This document shows, piece after piece, positions 27,085 through 35,203 of a DNA stretch of 35,203 nucleotides. Every line of letters starts with the position of its first letter. The first letter of the stretch is position 1. The notes beneath the pieces are model-generated. The model made no database searches. It saw nothing but the letters and a program-made list of their open reading frames with translations, and was not told the DNA's origin. The DNA is from Candidatus Thorarchaeota archaeon (GTDB lineage Archaea; Asgardarchaeota; Thorarchaeia; Thorarchaeales; Thorarchaeaceae). A program made the position numbers and the translations under genes. The stretch is from the NCBI GenBank assembly GCA_048884965.1, contig JBHLQH010000003.1, forward strand, positions 1 through 35,203. Direction: 5' to 3'.

Positions 27085-27930
27085 ATGTCTGTTCCGAGTC
27101 GTAGAGCATTTCATGTGATATATGACAAATCCCTTGAGGATGCATTGCAATACGCATCCAAGAGCGATTGGACAGGCATCGTTCCAGATATAGGAGTACC
27201 TCATTTCTCTCCTGAGAAGATCTCGCAGAAATCTCGAAAGAAGCTCCATGAACTATCCGAATCGTTAGGTATCGAATGGGGATTCCATGCCCCTGGTGAT
27301 GATATCAGCCTGTATACAACCTATTCTCCAATTCGTTCAGCTATCATGTCATACTTCAAGGAGGTCATTGATCTCGCAAGAGACCTCAGCAATACGATGA
27401 CCAATGTCGTTATCCATCCTGGTAGACCACCAAGCTTCCGAAAGGCAGGTGATACGGAAGATGCCTACGTAAATGAGAATTTCTCTATTTATGAAACGAC
27501 CCTCTTTGAGAATCTGCTTGAACTAATCGAATATGCAAGACCAAATGTGAATATTGCCCTCGAGAACAATGGTTGGAGTCCCCTAATTCGGCATTCTATC
27601 CCCTCCTTGATTGCCCGAGGGATGCGACTTTGCCTGGACATCCCCAAGTTGTATGACACCTCTTTGAAACTAAAGAAGGATGACTGGCGGCTTTTCCAAC
27701 AGTTCTCTGAAACTATTGAAGTGGTCCATATCCACGACTATATCCCCGAGTTGGGGTCTCACCAGCTGCTTGGTTCAGGGAAGATAGACTTCTCCGAATC
27801 TTTGAATCTTTTTTCTAGGATGGAACATCCGCCGCAGTATGTGTTCGAGGTGCGACCCAGAGAGGCTGCGACCGAGAGTCTAATACGACTGGACCGAGTC
27901 CTGTCTACCTTGAACCTGACACTTCTATAG
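27085..27930 (+). CDS. Sugar-phosphate isomerase/epimerase-like TIM barrel (AP endonuclease 2 family)
   Basis: FHAP..DISL; VIHPG; IALEN; CLDIP; VHIHD; HQLLGSGKIDF; VFEV. Confidence 0.85.
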   Translation: MSVPSRRAFHVIYDKSLEDALQYASKSDWTGIVPDIGVPHFSPEKISQKSRKKLHELSESLGIEWGFHAPGDDISLYTTYSPIRSAIMSYFKEVIDLARDLSNTMTNVVIHPGRPPSFRKAGDTEDAYVNENFSIYETTLFENLLELIEYARPNVNIALENNGWSPLIRHSIPSLIARGMRLCLDIPKLYDTSLKLKKDDWRLFQQFSETIEVVHIHDYIPELGSHQLLGSGKIDFSESLNLFSRMEHPPQYVFEVRPREAATESLIRLDRVLSTLNLTLL

Positions 27931-27936
27931 TAGATA

Positions 27937-28035
27937 CTACAAAAGCCCTGCATAGATGAGATACAGGACCACGAACAGTGTTATTGCAATCACCAGTAGA
28001 ATGGCTTTTAGTACGACTCTCCACAGCGGAAGCAT
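27937..28035 (-). CDS. 32-aa single-TM microprotein (below the ORF-track cutoff)
   Basis: Hand translation MLPLWRVVLKAILLVIAITLFVVLYLIYAGLL*; it starts 10 nt after the upstream stop and nearly fills the intergenic gap. Confidence 0.6.
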   Translation of the reverse strand: MLPLWRVVLKAILLVIAITLFVVLYLIYAGLL

Positions 28036-28045
28036 AGTAGGGACT

Positions 28046-28783
28046 CTACTCCTTTTCTTTGAGTATGTCCCGTATCTCCCTTAGTGTCTTAAGTATTTCA
28101 TCATCCAAAGAATCAGGAATATCTGGAATTGGTTCGTCGACTCCTGGGATTATCTCTGTGGCTGTGGCATATGGATGGCGGTACCTACGGAGCTCTTGAA
28201 GGACAAAATCACGCACTTCTTCATAGAATGGCAACCCTTCAAGCTTCTCCTCCGGTCCCTGTTGGTTCGCACCTGAGTATCCTGCAGTTTCGATCTCAAC
28301 GGTACCAATGCCAAATAGCCTGTCTAAAGGTCCTGCTCTGCTTGCGATGTTCGTAATGGTCCTGAATGGAACATGTTTCTTTGTGATATTGAGAAGTCCT
28401 TTCTTTACATAGACCTCTGGCATAGTTTCTCCACTTGCCGATATCACACTATACTCGATATTTCTGAAGTATAATGGGTATAGTATGCAGAATGGAAGGA
28501 CGAACACAAAGATCAGGATCGCTCCATATAGGTATGTGTACGGCCACCATGTTGGAATATACGATCCCCAATATAGCGCCGGTGCAAGTCCATCATCGAG
28601 TACTATGATGATATATCCAAAGCCGATCCATGCCAATATCCCCAGCAACCAAAAGAAGGAGAATGTTAGGAAAATTCCTGTAAATTCCTTCCATAGCAAT
28701 CTCATTGATGGCTTGATGATTTTCCCGCTGGATATATTGTCTATTGGAGGCTTAATTACTGTGCCGCGTTGTTCTTCATGCAT
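28046..28783 (-). CDS. bPH_2 (bacterial PH domain, YdbS-like) membrane protein, paralogue B
   Basis: Two TM helices, then VYVKKGLLNITKKHVPFRTITNI...GPLDRLFGIGTVEIETAG. Confidence 0.88.
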   Translation of the reverse strand: MHEEQRGTVIKPPIDNISSGKIIKPSMRLLWKEFTGIFLTFSFFWLLGILAWIGFGYIIIVLDDGLAPALYWGSYIPTWWPYTYLYGAILIFVFVLPFCILYPLYFRNIEYSVISASGETMPEVYVKKGLLNITKKHVPFRTITNIASRAGPLDRLFGIGTVEIETAGYSGANQQGPEEKLEGLPFYEEVRDFVLQELRRYRHPYATATEIIPGVDEPIPDIPDSLDDEILKTLREIRDILKEKE

Positions 28784-28785
28784 TC

Positions 28786-29556
28786 TTAGTCATCTCCTCT
28801 GTCTAATTTCCTATTGATACTCCGTAGAAGCTCACGCATCTCACGAAGGGTAATCAGAATCTCATCTTCCAAAGAGCCTTGTATCCGAGGGACCAACTCC
28901 TCAGTTTCAACACCCTCTTCTGTGCCAAGCACGTAAGGGGACTTGTATCTCCGCATCTCTGCAAGGATATAATCCCTAAGTTCCTCGAAGAACGGGATAC
29001 CCGCAATCTTTTCCTCTGGACCCTCGTCATACGCTCCCCTTGCACCAGCAGTTTCAATCTCAACATTGCCAATCCCAAAGAGCCTATCTAGAGGTCCTAT
29101 CTTAGTCGTGACATTGGTGATACTTCTTAGGGGAACATGCTTTCGAGTGACAGTGATGATCCCTTTCTTCACATACACCTCTGCACTTGCTTCTCCTGAT
29201 TCAGCTCGAACTGAATACTCAAAGGAGTTGATGTACACAGGTATCAAGATGGCCGTTGGTACCAGCCATGCTAGATTGAAGATCCAGAACCAGAGGTTCA
29301 CCGGTTCCCAGAGCGCATTGAACCAAATGTTCCATTGGACAATATCATCATTCAGCAAGTAGACGCCCCAGATTAATCCAAAGAATGTCACAATGGTCAC
29401 AAACCATAGTATGACAGCAAGTAAAATTGCTTCAAACCAGTACTTGTTCCTCAGCTTCGAGCTTGGCTTGAAAATCTTTCCACTACTAACCCGCTCAAGC
29501 GGGGGTCGTATCACAGTTCCACCATATTCGAATTCCCGTCCCACTTCCTTCCACAT
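28786..29556 (-). CDS. bPH_2 (YdbS-like) membrane protein, paralogue A
   Basis: VYVKKGIITVTRKHVPLRSITNV...GPLDRLFGIGNVEIETAG. Likely start ATG 29556, directly after the upstream stop. Confidence 0.88.
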   Translation of the reverse strand: MWKEVGREFEYGGTVIRPPLERVSSGKIFKPSSKLRNKYWFEAILLAVILWFVTIVTFFGLIWGVYLLNDDIVQWNIWFNALWEPVNLWFWIFNLAWLVPTAILIPVYINSFEYSVRAESGEASAEVYVKKGIITVTRKHVPLRSITNVTTKIGPLDRLFGIGNVEIETAGARGAYDEGPEEKIAGIPFFEELRDYILAEMRRYKSPYVLGTEEGVETEELVPRIQGSLEDEILITLREMRELLRSINRKLDRGDD

Positions 29557-29557
29557 C

Positions 29558-30175
29558 CTATTCTGATCGTTTGTAACGAGGAACCTCTTTGGCCGCAAGC
29601 TTGTTGAAGATAGCTACTGCCTGTTGGGTCATGTATAGTTGTTCTTCATCTGGTCTCAGGTTGATATTGTACTCGTTCACTATTGTATCTAGAGTATGTC
29701 GGCACTCATGAAACTTAGGACATTGCTTTCCATCAAAGGGCACATTTCCTAGGGGTGTTCCATCACACAGCTTGCCTGCATAGGAATCATGCCTGTACCA
29801 GACAATTGTTCCAAGTCGTATCGTATAGACAATGTATACTTGGGCATTTGCTTGGTAATCGAATCCAATCAAGACACCTTTGTAATCTTGGACAGACTCC
29901 ACATCAAGTCTATGACTGCTCGCATGGCTCCTCAAAGCCTTCTCGATCTTCTGTCTGGCTCTATTGAGAACCCGTGAAACATACGCAGAATCCTTCAGTT
30001 CAATCTTCTCATGAACGCGATTTCTCTCTGCCTCACTATCTGACTCATTGAAGACTTCAAAGATATACTTTGGAGCTGTTTTTCCATCCTCATACTCACT
30101 GGCAATCTCTGCTGTGGTCTTTCCATGATGAAATTCCCACCAGACAACTGCTTCGTGAGTCGAGAGTAGTACCAT
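29558..30175 (-). CDS. Putative transcription regulator: sigma-70 region-4-like HTH with an insertion, and a C-terminal His/Cys metal-binding domain
   Basis: LSTHEAVVW...GKTTAEIA...[~30 aa]...AYVSRVLNRARQKI; C-terminal WYRH...C...CPKFHEC. Confidence 0.65.
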   Translation of the reverse strand: MVLLSTHEAVVWWEFHHGKTTAEIASEYEDGKTAPKYIFEVFNESDSEAERNRVHEKIELKDSAYVSRVLNRARQKIEKALRSHASSHRLDVESVQDYKGVLIGFDYQANAQVYIVYTIRLGTIVWYRHDSYAGKLCDGTPLGNVPFDGKQCPKFHECRHTLDTIVNEYNINLRPDEEQLYMTQQAVAIFNKLAAKEVPRYKRSE

Positions 30176-30242
30176 CGTTAGTTTCCTCGTTTTTGTTGAC
30201 CTTCCATCTTAAGAAGATTTCTGGTCATTCTTTACTGCTTTA

Positions 30243-30303
30243 TGGTAAACATTTATATATAAACTCTTGGTATAATGCTACAGGAATTTGGTAAAGATTT
30301 ACA
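30243..30303. promoter_or_regulatory. Divergent promoter with palindromic TATA and two operator-like repeats
   Basis: TTTATATATAAA at 30252-30263; TGGTAAAcATTTAtA at 30243-30257; TGGTAAAgATTTAcA at 30289-30303. Confidence 0.6.
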
Positions 30304-30345
30304 ACAAGTGAATCGAGCCAGTCTTACGATGAAAAGTGAAAAACG

Positions 30346-31116
30346 ATGGCGAAAAACTCTCACGTTATCAAAACTCGAGGACTGTCGAAGAACTTCGACA
30401 CAGTTCAGGCAGTCAGAAACCTTGACCTGGAGGTTGCGACAGGCAGCCGGTTTGGATTCCTTGGCCCTAATGGTGCAGGAAAGACGACCACTGTTCGCAT
30501 ACTTTCAGGTCTTATGAAACAGACGAGTGGAGACGCAGAAGTCTGCGGATATGATGTGTCCACTCACAGGAACGAGATCAAGGCCGCAACAGGTCTGCTC
30601 CCCGAATCACCAGGTCTCTACTCAAAGCTCTCTGCTCGGGAGTTCCTAGAGTTCATTGGTGCCTTGAATGACAAGAATGGTGCAGATGCTAACAAGCGGA
30701 TAAACAACTTGCTTAGTATGTTAGGTCTTGAAAGTCGACAAGATGACCTACTTGAGTCCTACTCATCTGGTATGAAGCAGAAGGTGCTCATAGCATCAAC
30801 TCTCCTACATGAGCCAAAGCTCGTATTTCTGGATGAACCCACCTCACGACTAGATCCCGCTGCAAGTGCATTGGTCAAGGAGATTATCCTAGCACTGGCT
30901 GAGCAGACTGATACTAGTTTCTTCATTTGTACCCACATGACTGACTTTGCGGAGGATGTCTGTGATATTATTGGTATAATCAGCAATGGTGACATGGTCA
31001 TCTCTGGTGCTCCACAAGATATCATCCAGTCCGTTGGCGCTAAGGACCTAGAAGATGCATACCTGAAGATCGTTGGCGGAAAGGTAGACCGCGATACTCT
31101 ACTGGCCTGGAGGTGA
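30346..31116 (+). CDS. ABC exporter ATP-binding subunit (ABC-2/DrrA type)
   Basis: GPNGAGKTT; YSSGMKQK; FLDEPT; CTH. Confidence 0.95.
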   Translation: MAKNSHVIKTRGLSKNFDTVQAVRNLDLEVATGSRFGFLGPNGAGKTTTVRILSGLMKQTSGDAEVCGYDVSTHRNEIKAATGLLPESPGLYSKLSAREFLEFIGALNDKNGADANKRINNLLSMLGLESRQDDLLESYSSGMKQKVLIASTLLHEPKLVFLDEPTSRLDPAASALVKEIILALAEQTDTSFFICTHMTDFAEDVCDIIGIISNGDMVISGAPQDIIQSVGAKDLEDAYLKIVGGKVDRDTLLAWR

Positions 31117-32798
31117 AGATAGTGGCTAGGAACTGGCTTACTATTGCAAAGGCCGAGTTCTACGTGCTTACAGTTGGTATGAGGCCTCACAGAAAGCTAT
31201 ACACCATACTATTGTACGCCCTTGGCCTCATCTGGGCTACCTATGCCGCACCGATGGTCATGGTTGGATTCATTACAGCGCTTATTCCCCTTGAACAGAT
31301 TCGCATCATGTTATTGACGATGTTCCCTGGACTAATGCGTTCTATAATGATGTTCGTCTGGCTGATATTGATACTCTTTCCTCTCGCAAAAGGACTTGAA
31401 GAGATCAAGATTGGTCATTGGGAGCTATACCTCTCGAACAATGTGAAGACTCGTGATATCTTGACTGGCAACTTCCTTGGGCTCGCTCCTCTATATGGTC
31501 TGGTTGTGCTGGTGCTAGCTCCAATAGTCATATCCCCCTTCATGGTAGTCTATGAAGTATCACTAATTGGTCAGGTGCTTGTCTATGCATTTCTAGCAGT
31601 CTCAGCTATTACGGCTATATGGTTCTCCACATTCCTGACCGCCGCTATTCAATCTAGACTCGGTGACTCATCTCGCGGAAATGACATTGCAAAGGCTCTC
31701 TCGGTTGTCGTAGCTATAGCCGCGATCTTGCCTATGTATTCGCTAATGTTCGCAATGGAAGCAATGTCACAGATTCTTGGAATGAATGCGTTCCTCCTCC
31801 TACCATTTACTTGGAGTGCAGATGTCATTAGCTGGATTACCATCATGTTCAATGGCGTTGGTCTGACCGGGTCGCAGATACTTGGCTTCAGCTCGATCCT
31901 AGAACTCGATCTCCTAACAAGTGTTGCTTTAATGAGTGGCTTTACACTCTTGCTTATTAGCGGCTCTCTGTTATCGTGTGATAGGATTTTCAGCATCAGT
32001 GCTGGAGCACGAACTGAGCGAGTCACTACGATCAATAAGGAGAATATCTTCGTAAAGGGTCTTCGTAAGATGAATAGCGGTCCCTTTGGCACTCTCATGG
32101 CTATCAACGCAAAGGACTACTTCAGAAAGGCTCAGAACCTCTCGAAGCTGTTCTACGGTCTAGTCCTAGCATGTGTTTTACCTGTGATGATGACTTTTGT
32201 AGGTGACATGGATAGTGAAGGCATTCCCATCTTGCAACTGACTGGCATCTTTGGAATGATGTTTGCGATGGCAGGTGGCTTTCCCCATGCGGGAATTGCA
32301 TTTCTCGAAAGCCGGGATCAGCTCTGGATTCTTCAGGGAACTCCTAATGGAGCTTCGAAGTTCATCAAATCTCGTATTGCCATGTCTTCTATGACCAATG
32401 TGTTCATTGCGATGATTCCTACAGCAGTGATAGTCTTCCTCTTCCAGTTGAGTATTGTTGAAGCACTAGTGATATACTGCTTTGGATTGATTGTCATAAT
32501 CGGTTCATCGATGGTAGCAATTGGTGTTACAGCTAGGAATCCCAACTATGAAGATACCAAGTCTCCTGCACATCAAGCAAATGTCATGATGGCAATGATG
32601 ATACCGATGTTCGCAATGATGTCTTCATTCATCGTTCTGATAGTCTTGACAATCTCAAAACTCGATATTGCACTCGAGTCAGTACTTGGTGTGTTTGGCT
32701 TTGAGCTATTCTTCACGCTGATAGGTCCAGCCATACTCTTGACTCTTGGAGCGATTCTCTTGGTATCAGGCATTCGAAGTCTATCAAGACCAGAATAA
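31113..32798 (+). CDS. ABC exporter permease (multi-TM, two halves)
   Basis: Roughly 12-14 hydrophobic segments; 4-nt GTGA overlap with the ATPase stop codon. Confidence 0.85.
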   Translation: MKIVARNWLTIAKAEFYVLTVGMRPHRKLYTILLYALGLIWATYAAPMVMVGFITALIPLEQIRIMLLTMFPGLMRSIMMFVWLILILFPLAKGLEEIKIGHWELYLSNNVKTRDILTGNFLGLAPLYGLVVLVLAPIVISPFMVVYEVSLIGQVLVYAFLAVSAITAIWFSTFLTAAIQSRLGDSSRGNDIAKALSVVVAIAAILPMYSLMFAMEAMSQILGMNAFLLLPFTWSADVISWITIMFNGVGLTGSQILGFSSILELDLLTSVALMSGFTLLLISGSLLSCDRIFSISAGARTERVTTINKENIFVKGLRKMNSGPFGTLMAINAKDYFRKAQNLSKLFYGLVLACVLPVMMTFVGDMDSEGIPILQLTGIFGMMFAMAGGFPHAGIAFLESRDQLWILQGTPNGASKFIKSRIAMSSMTNVFIAMIPTAVIVFLFQLSIVEALVIYCFGLIVIIGSSMVAIGVTARNPNYEDTKSPAHQANVMMAMMIPMFAMMSSFIVLIVLTISKLDIALESVLGVFGFELFFTLIGPAILLTLGAILLVSGIRSLSRPE

Positions 32799-32816
32799 AA
32801 TTGGAGGGGGAATTTA

Positions 32817-34292
32817 GTGAAAAGAAACACAATTCGCGTGGCTTTGGTGTTGACTACTGTGGCACTCTTAGGGGTGCCACTTACAACACCCCACGCACCA
32901 CCGTCCTCTAGAAGAGATTTCTCTCCAAGTACAAGTACATACGGACATATCGATGGAGTCCCTTATGTGTGGCAAGAGATTAACGGCTACTGTTACTGGG
33001 CATCTGTCGATATGGCTTTACAGTATGCTGGTTTGAATTTGGATCTTGGTGGATTCTTTGCAGCTTCAGGAATTGGGTTTTCTTCAGTCTACATCATGAT
33101 AGATGATCTTCAGATGTTCATGTCTGGGTCCTCATTCAGGCAGCAACAGCAAATACCCTATATTGCTGAATTGCTAGGTCTTGATTATATTGCATATTTC
33201 GATTCGAACTCAGAATGGATCCAGATTGTTGCACCCTACTGGTCTGATTGGGGATTCAATTTCGAACTCATTGATGGTTCAGTTGAGGCCTTAGATAAAC
33301 TCCGAGATCTGATTGATACAGGATATCCTGCAGTTCTTTGGGTTGACCCATATTGGCTACCTGCAGAGGACTATGTTGACTTGAGAAGTGTATTTTCTCC
33401 TCAAGATCCTGCAGCCCCAGCGTCTGGGCATGCCATTGTAGTCACAGGATATAATGACACATCAGAAACTGTTGAGATTATGGATCCCGGTGTAGGTGCT
33501 TTTGGAGAAAATTATGGCTATCCTAGTGATGGGAGGTATTTCTATACTGCAAACTATACTACTCTTGATCTAGCTTGGAAGACTCTCGGGTATGGAACCA
33601 TTGCTTTCATGTCAGGAGATACTGTAGAAAACCAAGAGGAGCGCATTGGAGCCTTCATAGCGAATCGTCTTCTTGGCAATGCGACCTCCTATGCTTCTGA
33701 TCTAGAAGATCTTTTCTTCGCAGGCTTTGGCGAATCTGCATTTAGAGGGCTATCTCTAGATACAACAAAAGATGGGATCAAGAACTATCTAGGTGAACAC
33801 AACGATACTGCTGATTGGCCATATGTACTTGCTATTACTGGATTATCTCATGAGTCATACATGAGCCTTCAATATCCTGCCTACAGATCAGCCCTTGAAG
33901 CGTTGCCCTCCCTAATGCCATCTTATGATGTAACCGAAGTGGTTGAACTGGGCAGAGCGGCATATCCACATATGGTAGCATTAAGCAACAACGCATCTCT
34001 TGTTGACCTCTACTATACATACAATGGATCGGAATTGACAAGGACTTATTTTGGCATTGCTGAAAGATATCAAGAAACAGAGGATATTGATGTCGCCTTA
34101 GATGAATTTAGTGAGGACATAGAAAGTCTTACAGAGCATTTCCTAGGAATTGCGGATGCATGGCAAGCAGCTGGCGAGGCTTTGGAATCTGTTCTTGAGG
34201 ATGCTGATTCGGTTCTATTCATGTTAGTGGGTATCGGTACTCTAACTATGAGCATCTTTGCAGTACTCGTAGTTGTCCGGAGGAGGCGTTAA
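32817..34292 (+). CDS. Secreted, membrane-anchored C39-like/BtrH-N-like papain-fold peptidase
   Basis: Signal peptide; VPYVWQEINGYCYWAS (Gln, Cys); SGHAIVVTGY (His); IMDPG (Asp); C-terminal TM + RRRR; GGAGG SD. Confidence 0.82.
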   Translation: MKRNTIRVALVLTTVALLGVPLTTPHAPPSSRRDFSPSTSTYGHIDGVPYVWQEINGYCYWASVDMALQYAGLNLDLGGFFAASGIGFSSVYIMIDDLQMFMSGSSFRQQQQIPYIAELLGLDYIAYFDSNSEWIQIVAPYWSDWGFNFELIDGSVEALDKLRDLIDTGYPAVLWVDPYWLPAEDYVDLRSVFSPQDPAAPASGHAIVVTGYNDTSETVEIMDPGVGAFGENYGYPSDGRYFYTANYTTLDLAWKTLGYGTIAFMSGDTVENQEERIGAFIANRLLGNATSYASDLEDLFFAGFGESAFRGLSLDTTKDGIKNYLGEHNDTADWPYVLAITGLSHESYMSLQYPAYRSALEALPSLMPSYDVTEVVELGRAAYPHMVALSNNASLVDLYYTYNGSELTRTYFGIAERYQETEDIDVALDEFSEDIESLTEHFLGIADAWQAAGEALESVLEDADSVLFMLVGIGTLTMSIFAVLVVVRRRR

Positions 34293-34294
34293 TC

Positions 34295-34576
34295 ATGGAA
34301 CTGCCTTCTAGCGCGATATCTGTCCTTCAGAGCCTTATCAGCTGTGGTCCTCTGAGTCCCAAGGATATCAGCAGGAGAGGGAATATCCCCATTCGAACAG
34401 TAAACTTCGCAATCAGGAAACTGAAAGGAAGAGGACTGATTCGGAGAATTCCCAATCTGCAGGACATGAGAAGCCCCTTGTATACGACTGATCTAGAGGC
34501 TGCAAAACAGATCGTCATAAAGCATGGTTCTGATTCCATCATAGCGTGTCAGCTTATGATGGTTTTACGACGCTGA
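34295..34576 (+). CDS. Small winged-helix (MarR-like) DNA-binding protein
   Basis: LPSSAISVL...GPLSPKDI...IPIRTVNFAIRKLKGRGLIRRIPNLQDMRSPLY. Confidence 0.85.
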   Translation: MELPSSAISVLQSLISCGPLSPKDISRRGNIPIRTVNFAIRKLKGRGLIRRIPNLQDMRSPLYTTDLEAAKQIVIKHGSDSIIACQLMMVLRR

Positions 34577-34598
34577 TAAGTCACTCAATGTCTCCTCA

Positions 34599-34629
34599 TG
34601 GCACTTCGAGAGCCAATCTCGAAGTGCCA
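34599..34629. terminator. Perfect 13-bp inverted repeat after the wHTH gene
   Basis: TGGCACTTCGAGA-gccaa-TCTCGAAGTGCCA, with CCTTTT shortly downstream. Confidence 0.55.
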
Positions 34630-34675
34630 AACTCCTTTTCGACAAGTTCTTCAATCGAATATACATGGATAGGGC

Positions 34676-35137
34676 ATGTCTAATGGCGACCCCTTGAGCA
34701 ACTGGAACTTCTTAATTGGAAAATGGAAAGGTGGTTCCTCAGACCAATTCGGCGATGAGGGAGAGATAGTCAGTACTGCCCATTTCTCAAAGGAGCTTGG
34801 GAAATACATCATGGGCAAGATCGATTCATTCCGAAAAGGAAAGCTAGAGAACGCAAGTATATCTATGATGTTCTATGACCCACGCGATGAGAAGATTCGA
34901 AGGAAGACCTTCTTCTCCTATGGCTTTGTGAACAACGAGGTCGAGTATCAGAGCTCTGAAGATGAGATTAGATTCATTGTTGAGTCTGAGCCTACACCTC
35001 AGGCGTTCGATGGGTTGCGATGGCGCGCGTATATCAAGAAGATCTCTGATTCTGAGATTCGAATGGGACTTGAATCTGCAAAGGAAGGCGAAGACTTCGA
35101 GTCATATGGCGAATCCATCCTGAAACGAGCAGATTGA
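34676..35137 (+). CDS. Hypothetical beta-barrel protein (DUF1579/nitrobindin-like)
   Basis: LSNWNFLIGKWKG N-terminal motif and an alternating beta-strand pattern. Confidence 0.65.
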   Translation: MSNGDPLSNWNFLIGKWKGGSSDQFGDEGEIVSTAHFSKELGKYIMGKIDSFRKGKLENASISMMFYDPRDEKIRRKTFFSYGFVNNEVEYQSSEDEIRFIVESEPTPQAFDGLRWRAYIKKISDSEIRMGLESAKEGEDFESYGESILKRAD

Positions 35138-35203
35138 TGGATTAGCGTCATTGAAAGTGGCTATAACATCCCACTTAGGCAATCGTTTCAATTTATTAGC
35201 GAT

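Noticed and set aside
1-35203. CRISPR array, rRNA, tRNA, transposase
   Set aside because: I saw no regularly spaced repeats, RNA-gene consensus or transposase motifs, and all intergenic gaps are short (<350 nt).

Overview
Gene-dense archaeal window. An Asgard lineage (Thorarchaeia-like) is my inference from eS26, GGTGA/GGAGG ribosome-binding sites and several secreted proteins with C-terminal TM+basic anchors. No rRNA, tRNA, CRISPR array or transposase was recognised. The ordinary content is a divergent uvrA, a beta-helix surface protein, Nudix, serine hydrolase, ACS-family ligase with a YoaP-type GNAT, eS26, VOC, Gfo/Idh/MocA, WD40, MenG/UbiE, an intein-containing NrdJ, NIPSNAP, class II GATase, a TIM-barrel protein and an ABC exporter. 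Three loci stand out. (1) At 1-4712, a divergent uvrA is followed by a >573-aa tandem-duplicated nucleotidyltransferase/helical/wHTH protein that the ORF track missed; copy 1 has NxN and copy 2 has DxD. Upstream of uvrA is a ~30-bp leader hairpin that hides the uvrA Shine-Dalgarno and overlaps a 5-codon uORF. (2) At 9649-11313, an RRE-radical SAM-SPASM maturase is followed by a 74-aa Cys-free small protein with a leader-like N-terminus, an aromatic patch and a TM anchor, a candidate membrane-tethered RiPP. (3) At 27937-34576, a divergent locus has a sigma-region-4-like regulator, two bPH_2 (YdbS-like) paralogues and a 32-aa TM microprotein on one side, and ABC exporter, C39-like protease and wHTH on the other, with GTAAA-N2-TTTAC operator candidates between them. 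All family calls come from reading motifs by eye; no searches were run.
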